DNA of 64,000 bases, taken from NCBI GenBank assembly GCA_965644265.1, contig OZ286462.1, positions 39,680,001 to 39,744,000 on the forward strand, written 5' to 3'. Under the pieces are notes generated by a model, which searched no databases, had not been told where the DNA came from, and worked only from the letters and a program-made list of their open reading frames with translations. This document shows, one piece after another, positions 12,109-25,437 of the stretch; position 1 is the stretch's first letter; every line of letters starts with the position of its first letter. Origin of the DNA: Glycera tridactyla. Its lineage: Eukaryota. A program made the position numbers and the translations under genes.

Positions 12109-14999
12109 TATTATATCATGTTAATACTACACATTCAGGACTCCACCGAAATCTTTAAAAAAATGTCTCATATATGAATATATATGGCTGGCTGGCTGCT
12201 TATCTATTGTATAGCTGTCAGTTCATACATATCTTCATCTATATTCCATAACAAACTGACCACTGCTGAACCAGCTTATACAGCAAGACCTAATTGATTA
12301 CTTAGAAAGAGGGGGATGACAAATTAGGTGAGTACAGTCACTGTCCAGCGAAACCTACTTCAGATATAATAAAGTGTCCCACTCAATACTATGATGTGTA
12401 AATGGAGGATAATTTTATCAATGGGAGGATGAGTTCAACCTTATTTTCAGCCTCTTGGCCGAGTCCCAGAGGGGGACTTCAGAGAATCTGCCAACCTGAT
12501 GATGAGCACATTGTCAGTGGAAACACCTGGATGCACCCATTCAAACACAAGTGAAAGCCACAACAAGCGGGTGAAACCCATCCTCTCACCCACCCATGGC
12601 AGATTACCTGGCCGACCATGCATGAAAATAATTTGTTTCATTATGCCACCTTTCTCCTGTTGACCTTCACAATTGTTCAAAATTTACATAACTGTGCCTT
12701 AAGGCAAAATGACTGTTAATGAAGTGGTAATACAGTGAAATCAAGACACTGTCACTCATGATTGTAGACTATCTGATTTAAAATACAGTACAATGTACAG
12801 TGAAATTTGCATAGGACGCTCATCCTAGATGCAACCAGAAAGTGGTCTTTCAAGAGAGTTGGTATCTCATCAGAGGAATATTTGAATACGTCAGAAGGGA
12901 GAATCTAATTTGAGATGGTCAGCTACCACAGGTAATCTCTAGTTTGGGTTTCTTTAGGCTTCACTTTACCCTGTGCCGAAAAATTCTGTTCCATTCTCCG
13001 ATTCAAAAATCCCTGAGCTATCTTCTCTATGGGATATTCACAAAGGAATTCAGAAATTCACCTGCCTTTTGGGCACTTAGATATCAAGTAAACCTGCCCA
13101 CCTCAAGAATCAAACTGTCCAGTCCAGTTGGCTTCTCCTTTCAACATAAAAAATCTAATATGCTACCTATGAATATCAAAACTCAATGTGCACTGACTTG
13201 CAAGTCACCTCTCTTGGTACAAATTTCAGTTCCACAGAATGTATGAGTAGGGATACACTGGTATCAGATACATTTGAGAAAGGAACTCGGCACCAGCTTA
13301 TTATATACAGTCATGAAATGGTTAAGATGAAATTCTGAAAGGAGAGTCAAGAATGCAACTACGACAAAGCAACTACTATGTAGTTTCAGAAGATACCATC
13401 GAGACAGATCAAACGCCAATGAATATTGTAAAACGATGACGATCATTAACGTTAACACGGAAGATGATCTGACTAATAATGACACATTTTTAGTGCCAAG
13501 ATGGCGGGTGACGATCCCTAATTAGAGGCTGGAGGCATGCTGGGATATCTACTGATGCATCCTGGGTACCCACGATGCACCCTGTTATTTACTCCTCGTC
13601 ACCAGCAAACTGGCCCGAGGGTTCCGTTGAACGCTGAATGCATCAGTAGTTCCAACTCTGATAACAACTCTTCACAAATGACAGGTCGCCGGTTTCAAAC
13701 TGGGAGAAAGACAAATTTCCGTAAGAGTCCTCTGCCCTATCGAGCAGAATGGTTTTGTAATGGTGGAGGTTCAACTGGAAAATATGCCACGCTTTAACTT
13801 GAATGTAAAATTTAAAATGACTGACAGCTGTACAACATTCAATTAGCTACGAATGTTCAATTTGCAACACCAGCAAGCTTTACTGGTGTCAACAACACAA
13901 AATAGGCATGCTGGAGTACCTGAATTTAGTTGTTATTATAAAGCAAAAAGATTTTATTGATAATAGTGTGGATATTCAAATTACATTAGTGGTTCAAACA
14001 CATATTAATCAAGGAATCCATACAAATATTTCCAATGATGAATACAACATTCTGTACATAACATTCATGTTCGAAACAAATTTAGTAATTATACATAGAC
14101 CTTTCTCTTCCGCTTGTTGCACACTCCTTGAGGAGAATGAAATGGCCCATATATAGAAAGACCACCTAGCTATTGAATTCTCCAGATCTAAAATCACATG
14201 ACACATGAATTTTGGCAGGAAGATTCACTCATCTATATACAACAATGATTAAGATTTGAACACGACTAAAAAGACCAACTGTTTTATGAGACCACCTTCC
14301 CTGTATTTTGAGTATACCTTGCATAGGTTTGCCTGTATACCTGAATGATTTACATTTCTGGTATATGATTTCTACTCTTGCCAACCATCAGAATATGATA
14401 TCGGGAGTCATAACGGATGACTGCTCCTGTTAAAGAAGCTGCATATCCCACAGAGGTGACCCTGACGTGAACCTCACACTGCCCTATTAACTTTGATAAA
14501 TGGATGAAATGTACACACAGATTGGAGCACGAATGAACATAAAGTAGGCAAACCACAATGAATGCTGACAGATAATACCAAGTATGGTATCTTCTAACAG
14601 CATGAGATCCACTTCAGGCCCATTTTCCAAAGGGAAGTAAACTATCTTACTTAGTCTGATGGCAATTTTTGGGTGCTTCCCTGGAGAATGGGAAAGATGA
14701 TTTGATTTACAGTTGAACTAGCTCAAAAGACCAATCCTATACAATGGCCATCTGCCGACACAACCTCCCCCTCCAACAGCTGCAATTCTATTTCATAACG
14801 TAGATGATCTTTCTATGTCTTATGTTCTATGAGCACCATCTGTGATATATATTGAGATGCCCATGCAATGGGTTTGGGTGAGTTCATTCAAGACTCCTTC
14901 TATTGGACACCCGGTGGGAGGTGAAAATTCATGAAACTCGATTAGTCATTTCTGATTGAAAGGTAAAGGGAAAGAGAGGAATGAGAAAAGAGAGAGATA

Positions 15000-15162
15000 N
15001 NNNNNNNNNNNNNNNNNNNNNNNNNNNNNNNNNNNNNNNNNNNNNNNNNNNNNNNNNNNNNNNNNNNNNNNNNNNNNNNNNNNNNNNNNNNNNNNNNNNN
15101 NNNNNNNNNNNNNNNNNNNNNNNNNNNNNNNNNNNNNNNNNNNNNNNNNNNNNNNNNNNNNN
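15000..15162. other. Assembly gap (163 N)
   Basis: N run preceded by GA-rich simple sequence. Confidence 1.
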
Positions 15163-16439
15163 ACATGCAAGCACAAGATTAGCCCCCCCCCCCCCCTCCA
15201 CCCAACCCTCCCCTACATCAGCTCAGAGCACAGGTAAGTATTTAATGGATAGTTTCAGCATGCATACCATGTCAGCAGTGGGGTACCATTGTGTGGAGAG
15301 AATTCCAACACTGTGATCTAAATATAGGTTCCTGGAAGATCAGAAAGTCTGATAGGACTTAACGGGAGATTTGAATTGAAAGCGCCTGAAATACCTGCTC
15401 AACCCTCGGCCAACACCCCATCATTACGAGCTAACTTGAATGCAGTGAACAACAACAACAACAAATAGATGCTCTGGCTCAGATTTGGCCCCATCAGTAG
15501 CTCAAACTTTGTCATTTGGTCAGGATAAGAATAGGCAACTCTGATCCACATTGTGTCTTAAATCTTGAATCAGTTCATCTTGGAGGGGATTAGAATTGAT
15601 GATCATCAAAAAGTTTTTTTTTTAATTATTATAACTCATAGATACAAAAAATTACAAGAAGTGGGCAATTAGCAGTGTGCAGCTTTCTCCAGCACACACA
15701 ACCAAAACCATGTATTTGATAGATATGCCCATGAGAAGAAGCAATGATTTTTGTAATTAATGGTTGAATTCTCCAAAAAATATTCCCTCATACTCTCAAA
15801 TGTATCTCTTATGAAATTTTCAGCTAAATTGCAGTGACTTCTTACTTCCAGTTTCCCATCCAATTTTCAGAGATCTGAATTATTATTGGAACAATGGCAT
15901 TACTGTTAGAAACAAAGTTGGGAACTACTATCATGAGCGAAGGATGGTGAGGGACTCATAAAGCATGCAGTATAGAAGCTATCCAGCTCCCCGTCAATCT
16001 GGTCCAAGTGGGAATGTTTGCATTTGGCGTGAAGTAGCTCAAGTGAACAACAGCCACGAGGAAGTCAGGAAGGATGTAATCAGACAATAGACTAGAATTG
16101 CCGGCGAATTGTCCCCGGGATTACCATTAGTCTACATCTAAACACGAGCAGCTGACCACAATGGTAGTCACCACATGACAGACCAGCGAGGATCTAACCT
16201 AACATACATGGAATGGAATCCTCCAGGTGCTACGATAGGAGCCAGGAAACATTGTTTGTTCTGAGGTTTGCCACTGCTGACCGAGGATGCCATATATGGG
16301 GAATCTGACCCCTTCTTTATTGACCTGTCAGTCAGGAGTGGGTCATTTAATACGCTGTTAGGCTAGTAGAGTGATGATTTCAAACATCACTAAGAACATG
16401 CTGATTTTCTGTGAGGTTTACAGTCATAACCTATGTGAT

Positions 16440-16872
16440 TTAAAGTGAATTTGCAATAAGAGATCGCTCTGAGTATCACCAAAATGCGGTGTCTCAAAAC
16501 AGGTGGTCTATATTTATCAGAGAGAAAGTGGTCTCCCAGCCTAGGTAGTCTCTTGACAGGGGGTCTCTTGTCACAGGTTTCATTGTATTATACATGCTAG
16601 CAACAAAATGACAATCTCTCCAAAATATTCACAAGGGACAAGTAGCCGAGGTATAGTAAAACCTGTGATGAGGGACCTCTGATGAGGGACCTCTGATGAG
16701 ATACGACCTCGGATGGGAGACTACTTTCTCAGGACAGCTTTTCAAGTTGACATAATCATATGTACAGTAAAATAGGTAATTCACTGTTGGAAATACTATC
16801 AAGGTCGCAGCTCAAGGTGATCTTTGTAGGCAGGTGGGTTTTATAGAGAGGTGCTCTCAAGCATTTTTCCTG
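16440..16872. mobile_element. Cluster of three MITE remnants (~16440-16585, ~16654-16740, ~16765-16872)
   Basis: CAGGTTTCATTG|TA end, TAGTAAAACCTG start with CTGATGAGGGAC repeats, and a subfamily-B core (GGAAATACTATCAAGGTCGCAGCTCA). Boundaries approximate. Confidence 0.65.
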
Positions 16873-16916
16873 TACCTCTGGACCACACATACACACATGC
16901 GGGCATGCACGCATAA

Positions 16917-16934
16917 ACACACACACACACACAC

Positions 16935-16982
<48 letters not shown>
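16917..16982. repeat. (AC)n microsatellite
   Basis: Near-perfect AC run. Shorter CA/TG-rich compound tracts at ~1425-1481, 28175-28290, 31470-31500 and 58258-58350. Confidence 0.95.
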
Positions 16983-16991
<9 letters not shown>

Positions 16992-17653
16992 TCCAGTGTC
17001 ACACACAAAATCACTTCAACAGACTAGCATTCAAACCACATGATGTAACCAAGTCCACATGGCTACTGCCATGATACAAGCATTCAAGGATGTTGACCAC
17101 TGGGCTAATTCAGGAACATGTAGACACTTTTGTGTTCTCTTCACTATATCCTTTCCAGATACCATAGTGATTCAGGACACCTAATCCAATTCGATGTGAT
17201 CTTGAGCATTAGTGAATCAGCCCTGTTTCAAATGTTTGACCACTTCTGTGTTCAGTGGTTGCATCTGGCGGCTGAAGTGGTTTAAACCACTCGAGTGCTG
17301 AGCCCAGTATTTTGCTCTGTGACTGTTCCCTCCTTGACCGCCCTCTTCTCCTACTGCCTTGTACACATGGACTGAATAGAGTGGGAACAGAGCTTATGTA
17401 AGAAGGTTTGCCATTGGTCAAATCTGTCAATCACATCCTGGAAGCATGTATCCAGTATGGCAAACATGAGTGTCCAGTCGATTGATTGACTGACAGACAG
17501 TCGGGGTTCAATAGCATGTGTATTGATTGATTGTGGGAGTCGTGTGATGTGAGTAGCTCCCTATATATGATAGGGGCAGTGTGAGGACCCCGGTCCTGGT
17601 TCAGACAATTTCTCTGTTGTTTAGGATGATCCCTCCCCACCAATTTAAGCATA

Positions 17654-17823
17654 CAATCAACAGAGGCCACCTTCAGTTGCATAAAAAAGTAGCTTCTATA
17701 GACAGGTAGCCTTCACAGAGAGGTCATTTACTGTTAAAAATACTATCACAGTTGCAGCTCAGGATGGCCCTAATAGGCAGGTGGTGTTTATAGAGAGGTG
17801 GTCTCTCGAGCAGGTTTGACTAC
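17654..17823 (-). mobile_element. MITE subfamily B, reverse orientation, degenerate
   Basis: Reverse core GGTCATTTACTGTTAAAAATACTATCACAGTTGCAGCTCAGG and end GCAGGTTTGAC. Boundaries approximate. Confidence 0.72.
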
Positions 17824-18987
17824 ATGTTCATTAAATATCATCTAATATTTTCGCCAAACGTGGAATAAATATAGAGAAATTGACAAAAGTGTTAGAGGAT
17901 GAGGTAACATCTGGAACATATTTTGGTTGTCTCCATTGATGATCATGGACAAGATTCATAGATCACTCTGTATCACAGACAATAAACTACAAATTACCAA
18001 ATTAGATGCCCACCATGCGAAGTTGCCAAAACAGATGATGAAGAGCCATCACAAACAGATTGTTCTCAGCATGTGATGTCCGCCCCCATCTGAGAAGAGT
18101 GCGGGAGAAACCATAACAGGTGTCAAGATGAAGATAAACACACTGAATTACGATGCTATCAAAACCTTGATCGCACGTCTTTAACATGGAAATATCTTCC
18201 TAGCTGATGGTGATTGTAAAGTGATACTGGAATGTTGATAGAATATCACCCACATGAACACATAATTCCATGAAAATTGAACCATTCCAAGTCAGTTTGA
18301 AAAGTTGATTCAGCATTTTGTATAATATATAGTGTGTATTTCAGAAGGATGTTACACCCGTCTTCAATGGTGCAGATAAAAGACAATAGACCATTCCATA
18401 TGTTGCAGACCTGTGAAACGACAACAGACTCTGGAGTGATACAATAACAGAGAATCACCTCCCTTACGCAGCCACTCACTGATTCCCCATTGAAGTACTT
18501 TCACTATAATTGACATGTACTGAATAACCATCTGCCTTAAGCAACCACCAAACGTGGGTGCCTAATATAGGTTTGACTGTATTTCAGACTCAAAACTGTC
18601 TGGATATCAATTTACTGCAAATATCTTGAATCTGGGGAATGTTCTGATCATCAACTTTGTGGCACTCTCCATTTCACAAAGTCATGGGATGAGAATATAT
18701 ACATACATGAACATGTATAAAATAAATAGCCTGCCCCAGTACATCATGACTGCTGTCTTCTATATCACTCAACATTTAATGAGCAAGGAGTACGCTGGAT
18801 ATACAATAACAACAAACTGACATCTACTGTACTTTTAACCCACTCTATTAAACAAATTGAATTACAGCCTATCTAATCAAGTCCGTACACTCCTCAAATC
18901 AACCAAGATATTCTTGCGCGAATGTGAAATTTCCATTTCTCTCACTGAATATAGATTATAGTTTGGAATAACCACATGCTACCTAAG

Positions 18988-19036
18988 GTCGTGCTGCGAA
19001 GTATGCGATGTCGTGCTGCGAAGTATGCGATGTCGT
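18988..19036. repeat. 22-bp tandem duplication
   Basis: GTCGTGCTGCGAAGTATGCGAT twice plus a partial GTCGT. Confidence 0.9.
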
Positions 19037-19782
19037 ATTTGCAGGTGCTGCTGTTTTGACTGGTTCCCTCTCAAGCCAGGTGTGCTGACACCCGAGATGT
19101 GCCCATGCACCCACGTGGGGTCAAGCGATATATCGCTGAGAAAACCCTTCTGTGCACACCCGCTTGATGTGAGAGAAAGGCAAACATGGTGAGATCTGCA
19201 CCTAACCCCATCTAGTGGACATCATATTGCGCCTCTTTGATGTTGCACCCTTTCACCAGCGCCAACAATAGAAACCTATGTATTTATCATGAACGTAAAA
19301 TAGAGACTGCAAAATATGGCTTCAACTGATGAAATTTAACATGTATTGTAATGTTCAAACTTTCGACAATAAACATACCACTTGTGCCAACCTATTAGCG
19401 GGTTTAAATATGTTATGGTTCATGTAAATAGGTGGCTGTTTCATGTGTGTAAGAATACATTGGAAGTTGTTAATAGAGCAAATAGGTGGCCATAAAGGTA
19501 TGGATGTGCACTTGTTCGGAAATTATTGACTCAGATGTGGGATGTCCAACACCAGGTGTTGAGAAGTTGGTGTATGGTGGTTGTAGGACTGGGCGGTCCG
19601 AGGTACAACAGGTCCGCTGGTCAGTAAAAATGTTGCTGATATTACTGAAAACTATCAAACGTATGAAGGGACTTGTCTCGAATCATATCATGTATATGGT
19701 GTATTCCAGATCTACAAGCATTGGATTATCCCTTACAAGTGTCACTTTCACAGATGTTGAACAAATTGGTAACAGGTATCTA

Positions 19783-19942
19783 CAGGCAACCTGCTTGAGA
19801 GACCACCTACCTATAAAAGCCACCCTGAGCTGTGACCTTGATAGTATTTTCAACAGTAAATGACCTCTCTATAGAGGCCACCTACCTATAAAGGCCACTT
19901 TTTGATGAAATCAAACACGGCTTTCACAGACAGGTTCGACTG
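19783..19942 (+). mobile_element. TA-flanked MITE, subfamily B
   Basis: TA|CAGGCAACCTG ... CAGGTTCGACTG|TA with core CCCTGAGCTGTGACCTTGATAGTATTTTCAACAGTAAATGACC. Confidence 0.85.
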
Positions 19943-22506
19943 TACTACCAGTTGCTTTCCTCACTATAGCAACTGAATGCCTTCAATTCCGAATCCGAGA
20001 GCCCTAATGCTTAGATGAGATGGTCTTCAGGAATACTGCAGTTCTTCACCCAAACTAATGCTTTTTACCTGGTTTCGCAGGCATCTCGCATGTCAGTTCC
20101 CACAGACAGAGCCTGCTGGGTAAAACTGCCTCCTGCCAGCCACCCGCCTGTCAGCTGCGACCATGCGGGAAGCATTGTCTGTCTCGTACTATTGTCATGA
20201 TGAACACCTCAACTTTCTTTATATTTAGCCCATGTCTGATTGAAATTTCCAGCATGGCAATAATTGAATTCATGCTGAATCTTCTAAACTTTCCCTAACG
20301 TTAGTTAGATAGGTGAGTTATTTAATGATGAATTTTAGAATCATGGGAATGCAGCAACAAAGTCTCTTCGCTCCTGTAATACATGATCATGACAGAGTTT
20401 ATACTTCATAGATGATTATTCAAAGAAGCAATGTTTGAGGGCTGTTTGAGCAGATGTCTTGCCAAAATGATTGGGATTTTATTACCCACGAGCTCCAATT
20501 ACTGCCCATATAACACTCCTTCTTGAAATGGTCTACTCATGACAACTTTCTGAATATCAATCACAATTTTCATGGAAATTGATCGATAATGCAAATACCG
20601 AAGTTTGTTGTACAATTGGAAGGCGGGGCTCTCACTGGTGCACTAACACATTGATTAAATAGTGAATAGATGAGCACACATTTCATGTGCCACATGCAGG
20701 AAATGATAATAATTAGGTATGGCATTTTCAAATGAAAATTCATGACATCATTCAGTCAGGGGGATGATGATTCTATCAGAGAAAGAGAGAGTTTTAAGTG
20801 CAATCAGTTCTACATCCGTATTCGACTGACACCTATTCAAGCTTTGTCTGATTCCAACAATGGCTGACAGGACACCTGCTTACCCATCATGCAATGGTCA
20901 TAGCTGGTGTCACACCTCAAAATGGAGAAATATCCCCACAAAAGTTGACGGACAACATGAGAACAGTTTTGTAATTGCTATGGTGTTTTTGCTATGCTTC
21001 GCTCGCAAAAACCATCAGGTTTGCAGACAGTCCTTAATGAGTTTGTGTCGCACAAATATAGTTAGGCTCACATTACACCCAAAATACTAATAACCAAATA
21101 ATTTGATATGCACTGTGTGTTTTTAGTCTTAATCCATGTAATCATCATATTTCGATGACAACCTGGTACAATATCTATCACACAATACTAATCCTCTTCC
21201 AAACACTGCACAGGATAAATTGTGCATGATTCAACAATCCTTCTGCTCACAGTGTTTGCAATTTTTTTTTTCACCAAACAAATTTGCTTTGTCTTTCTCT
21301 GCAATCTGAACGTTGGAACAGGAATATTTAGAATAGTGTGCAACAAGTTTGTAGATCATGGAAGCTCTACCAAGGCGATGAAAAAAGTTTGTTTCCTTCA
21401 AATTTGAAAAAAAAAATTGGAACTTCATACTTTTTGTCACATGAAATTTGTTTGTCAAAAAATACATATATTCCATCTTAAGAAACTTTCTGTAACAAAA
21501 TTGTGAGTGTTATTCTTGAAATATTTGAACACAGTGTCATGAACAAAGGTCATTCAGTTGATCAAAGGGAATATATAGCAAACTAGCCGAGCGTGGGTGA
21601 GGGATACATTTCTCCATCCAAAAATAAATAAAAATATGAGAACAAATGCAAGTTATAAGCTTGGTGCTGAAAAAAGGCCACATTTTTTAGCAGGTCTGCA
21701 ATCATCAAAGCACTATATTCATAGAGTGAAAGGTACTTTCATGAAAAAGTAGAATACCTAGCATTCAGATTTTGTCGGGTGATGTCGAATGTGAAGAAAA
21801 ACAGTGGTGATACTGCAGTGAAATATGAGAACACACCACCCAGTCTGGATCCGAGGGGTTTTATATAAGTTCTTAGATTTTCTATAGGTACAGGTGCCGA
21901 CTATACCGGGAGTCATAAAAACAATGTCAGCCTTATTTGTTTCTTGTCTTCAGCTGACAATCTGTTTACATAAATACTTTAGAAGGACAATCATGACAAG
22001 CTTGAGCTAAGTACTGTGCTGCCCATGACTATGGCTCTCTTTCCTCGCCACCCCTACATATGGACCTAAGTGTGGTGTCTGGGACATGGATTATTTTCCA
22101 TTTATTCATGATCCACACTGCAAACATGGCCACTGCTTGCTGTACCTGCAGGAAGTGGTGTGAGATCTGGACACATACACATGTAGTTTTGCAGAGATTT
22201 TGGGTCAATATGGAGAACCTTGTGACTGGAGGTGCAAGATGCTTAACCTAGGCTCGCAGAAGCAGATTTAAGAGACCTTCTGCCCATACCTACACACAAA
22301 CTAAAAGAAATTGTGAGACAATGATGTTTTATCATCAAGATTCTCACATCATGGGTTTGACTGTATAAAAGCATGAAACAGATACCAGAATAATACAGCT
22401 TGAAAATAGCATAATAGTTTTCTTTCGCTGAAGGGTAGTATACTCGACAGATCGGTGATTGGTAAAGTAAAGGTTTCTCATTCTTTGTCATGGACATTTC
22501 ATAGTT

Positions 22507-22695
22507 CAGTCAAACTTGTCTGAAAAGACCACCGCTGGTTGTATCTAAAAGTGGTCCTTGTAAAGAGATGGTTTTTGTACAGAGGTTTGTACAGAGGTTG
22601 TTCAGTGTGAAGAATGTCATCACTCAGTGTGGCCTTTTGACTTTGTGGGCAGGTGGCCTTCGGTACAGAGGTGGTCTCTCTAGCAAGTCCAACTG
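22507..22695 (-). mobile_element. Degenerate MITE of the CAGT-TIR family
   Basis: CAGTCAAACTTG ... CAAGTCCAACTG termini with AGAGGTGGTCTC subterminal motifs. Confidence 0.65.
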
Positions 22696-25064
22696 TTTTC
22701 TGGACTTATTACTATGTTAATTATAGCAAGGATGAATGGCCTGCCAGAGACACATAGAAGACAAATTTGGAGAGATAGCTCATACACATGGGGTGAGTTG
22801 GGTGTACTACGACCAGACATTTGTAAGAAATTTATATCCACCATACATCAAATAGGCCAAGCGTGGTGGGTGTCTTCTCTTAACCCATTTTACCAGTATC
22901 CTTCCCAATTGACTTCTGCAGCATCCACTCTGAAAATCCTGCATGAGTTCATGTAGTGGTACAACAATATTATAAAGTGGAACCTGTGCTACAAGACTAT
23001 CAGAGATACCAAACCTCTGGTAAATAAGAATAATAATAATGGTGCTAATTTTTAAGGGTAGCAGTGCCAGTATTTGCAATGGGATCATAGGGGAAATCTC
23101 TACATTTGTGAGTTGCATTACTCACAGTAATGTCAATCAGATGAATGAAGCTGGATTTATATGATAAGATGTAGAATATATGATAAGATTTTCTGAAACG
23201 ACCTTCACCTAACCACAGGAGTATCTGTTCTGAGGCTTCCAACAAGATTTCCGCAATATCTTAATTTGAAAGTTGACATCCCTGTACTCATGAGAGGCCA
23301 GAATTTTGGCCTTAAATGAGAAGTCTGCTCAAAATTGTAGTGGTTGGCATCTACATACCAACCTAAATAACAGCAAAATTTGGAATCATGAAACAGTTGG
23401 CTTCTTATCAGAGGTATATCCAACTCAGGAGAGAACTTCCTGAAAGAAATGCCAAATATGACCTTAAATCATCCTGTTATTCGAATTGACTTATCAATTT
23501 TCATGAGACACATTATTGCACTTAGTTTAGAAGTAATGTAACTCGGCTGGAGGACATTCACCTTTTGTTAAGAAGGATGAGCAAGCTCAATCTTATCTGG
23601 GTTAATAAATTAGATTGATCATCTTCCGTAACACATCTTGAATGTACAAGTTGTGGTAGAGAAGAAAAACATGTCATAAGTCAGAACCATCCCCGCCTAC
23701 CATTTAACAACATTTTCATGATGCTAACCCATTTCAGAAACAAAACTCAGCAGAGTCGCAACTCATTTTATTGGAGAACAGAATATGGTCAAAGTTGCAT
23801 GAGCCCTCTATAATGAAGAAATATAATGATGAAAATGACTCCGAGTGTTAATTGGTGGTAATTGTATTGGTGAAACGAAATAAAGTTGTTCAAATGTTCC
23901 ATACCCGAAGATCAGGAAAAAAGGAGAGTTTCCTGTCAACAAAAACATAGTGATGTTGGTGGGAACTATGAGGGATGATTTTCTTTTTTAAAGAGCCCTC
24001 CCAGGGCACAAATCATCCTATGACATAAAACACAATCGAGATCTCTTCACACAAACCCCTTCACATAGGGTAGGATATAACATATGAGCCATCCTCATCC
24101 TTCTATTGACATAACAAGTTGCTCATAAAAAGAATGGATTACAATGAATTTATCTCACCTTTGCACAAACAACATTAAGAGTAACACTCCCAGACTCCCA
24201 CATGTGTTTTTTGTCCTTTTGTATTTGAGGGCAGTGACCGCTTTCTGTCAGAAACATCATGATGATGAATAACTGCCACTTCTGTCAAACTCAATTACTA
24301 TGGGTGATAAGTGATGAAATCCTCTGGTATTAATAGTGTTGAAAGACCTGTCTCTGACAAAGGCGTTCTCCAAAAAGAAATCCCTAGACATATTCATGAA
24401 TAATATGTTTGTCAGAAAGAATCTGGGATGATTTGTATCATGGTTGTGATCAGACATGAGGAGATTCATCGATGGATCGATTCAAAAATTCAAAATGGAG
24501 TGTATTCTACTCAATCAATTTTATCCTGTTGAAAAAATTCAGTGCATTAAAATTTTAGCCAAGGTTGCTTAGGCTGCTTTCACTACCTACAGCAAATCAT
24601 CTTTTCATGCATTGGTCTCCACGGGTAGTGCGAGAAGATACGCTCAGTCACCTCTGCACAATAATGCCCCCTCCGTAGACAGCACCAATTGAACAAAACT
24701 GAGTTCTAGTGAAAGTTGATACTCCATATGACAATATAAGGTCACCCATCCATCCAAGTTGGAGCCATGTGTGTTCTTATGTTGCATTTCACCAAAGATC
24801 AGGATTTGAGTGGCTAGAGCCAATGTGTATCCTAGCTATACTCCACTACATGATGAGTACCAGAAAAGTGACAAATAAAAATAACATATTAACAGGATGA
24901 ATTTTAATACAGTCCCAACCAAGTTCCTCATCTCCACCATATCATCTGATACCAACATTCCTAAATGAATGAGATCATTCCATGATATATCAAGTGAATG
25001 ATGCTCAGGGTATTTTTTACTTATCATTTATGAGGTAATTCTTCATAAGATGACAACCCAGATT

Positions 25065-25237
25065 CAGTGATGTTAGTGAGATGACACAGAATTTTGAGAT
25101 ATATGTCAACAGTCCTAACCCTGAGTATTCTTGAAAATAGGTTGTGAACATTCCCTTGAGGTTGCTGAAATATCTCAAGTTCACGCTCTCACTCAATTTT
25201 CGGAATTTTGATATGTTCCGGAAGACTGGCATCATTC
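25065..25237 (+). mobile_element. CAGTGATG-family element
   Basis: CAGTGATGTTAG ... TTTTCGGAATTTTGATATGTTCCGGAAGACTGGCATCA. Confidence 0.65.
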
Positions 25238-25383
25238 ATTGAGGGAAATTTTCGTGGAAAAAATCCACTATCAACTGCATACGGCAGGATGATTTTTTCA
25301 ACACATGCAACTCAATGCAGATCCACGTATACTGAAGAAGATACATAGTGTCCTGGTGTTTCAAGCAAGAAAGAACCAGAAGT

Positions 25384-25437
25384 GTATATTATGAATAAAC
25401 TTGAAAGTATATTATGAATAAACTTGAAAGTATATTA
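25384..25437. repeat. 23-bp tandem duplication
   Basis: GTATATTATGAATAAACTTGAAA twice plus a partial third unit. Confidence 0.9.

Noticed and set aside
14940-14999. Very strong minus-strand pyrimidine tract and CAG acceptor
   Set aside because: Derives from the GA-rich simple repeat at a gap edge, and a stop follows at once in phase 0.
15362-15425. tRNA-like A-box sequence (GGTGTTGGCCGAGGGTTGAG) on the minus strand
   Set aside because: No cloverleaf stems and a degenerate B box. At most a SINE remnant.
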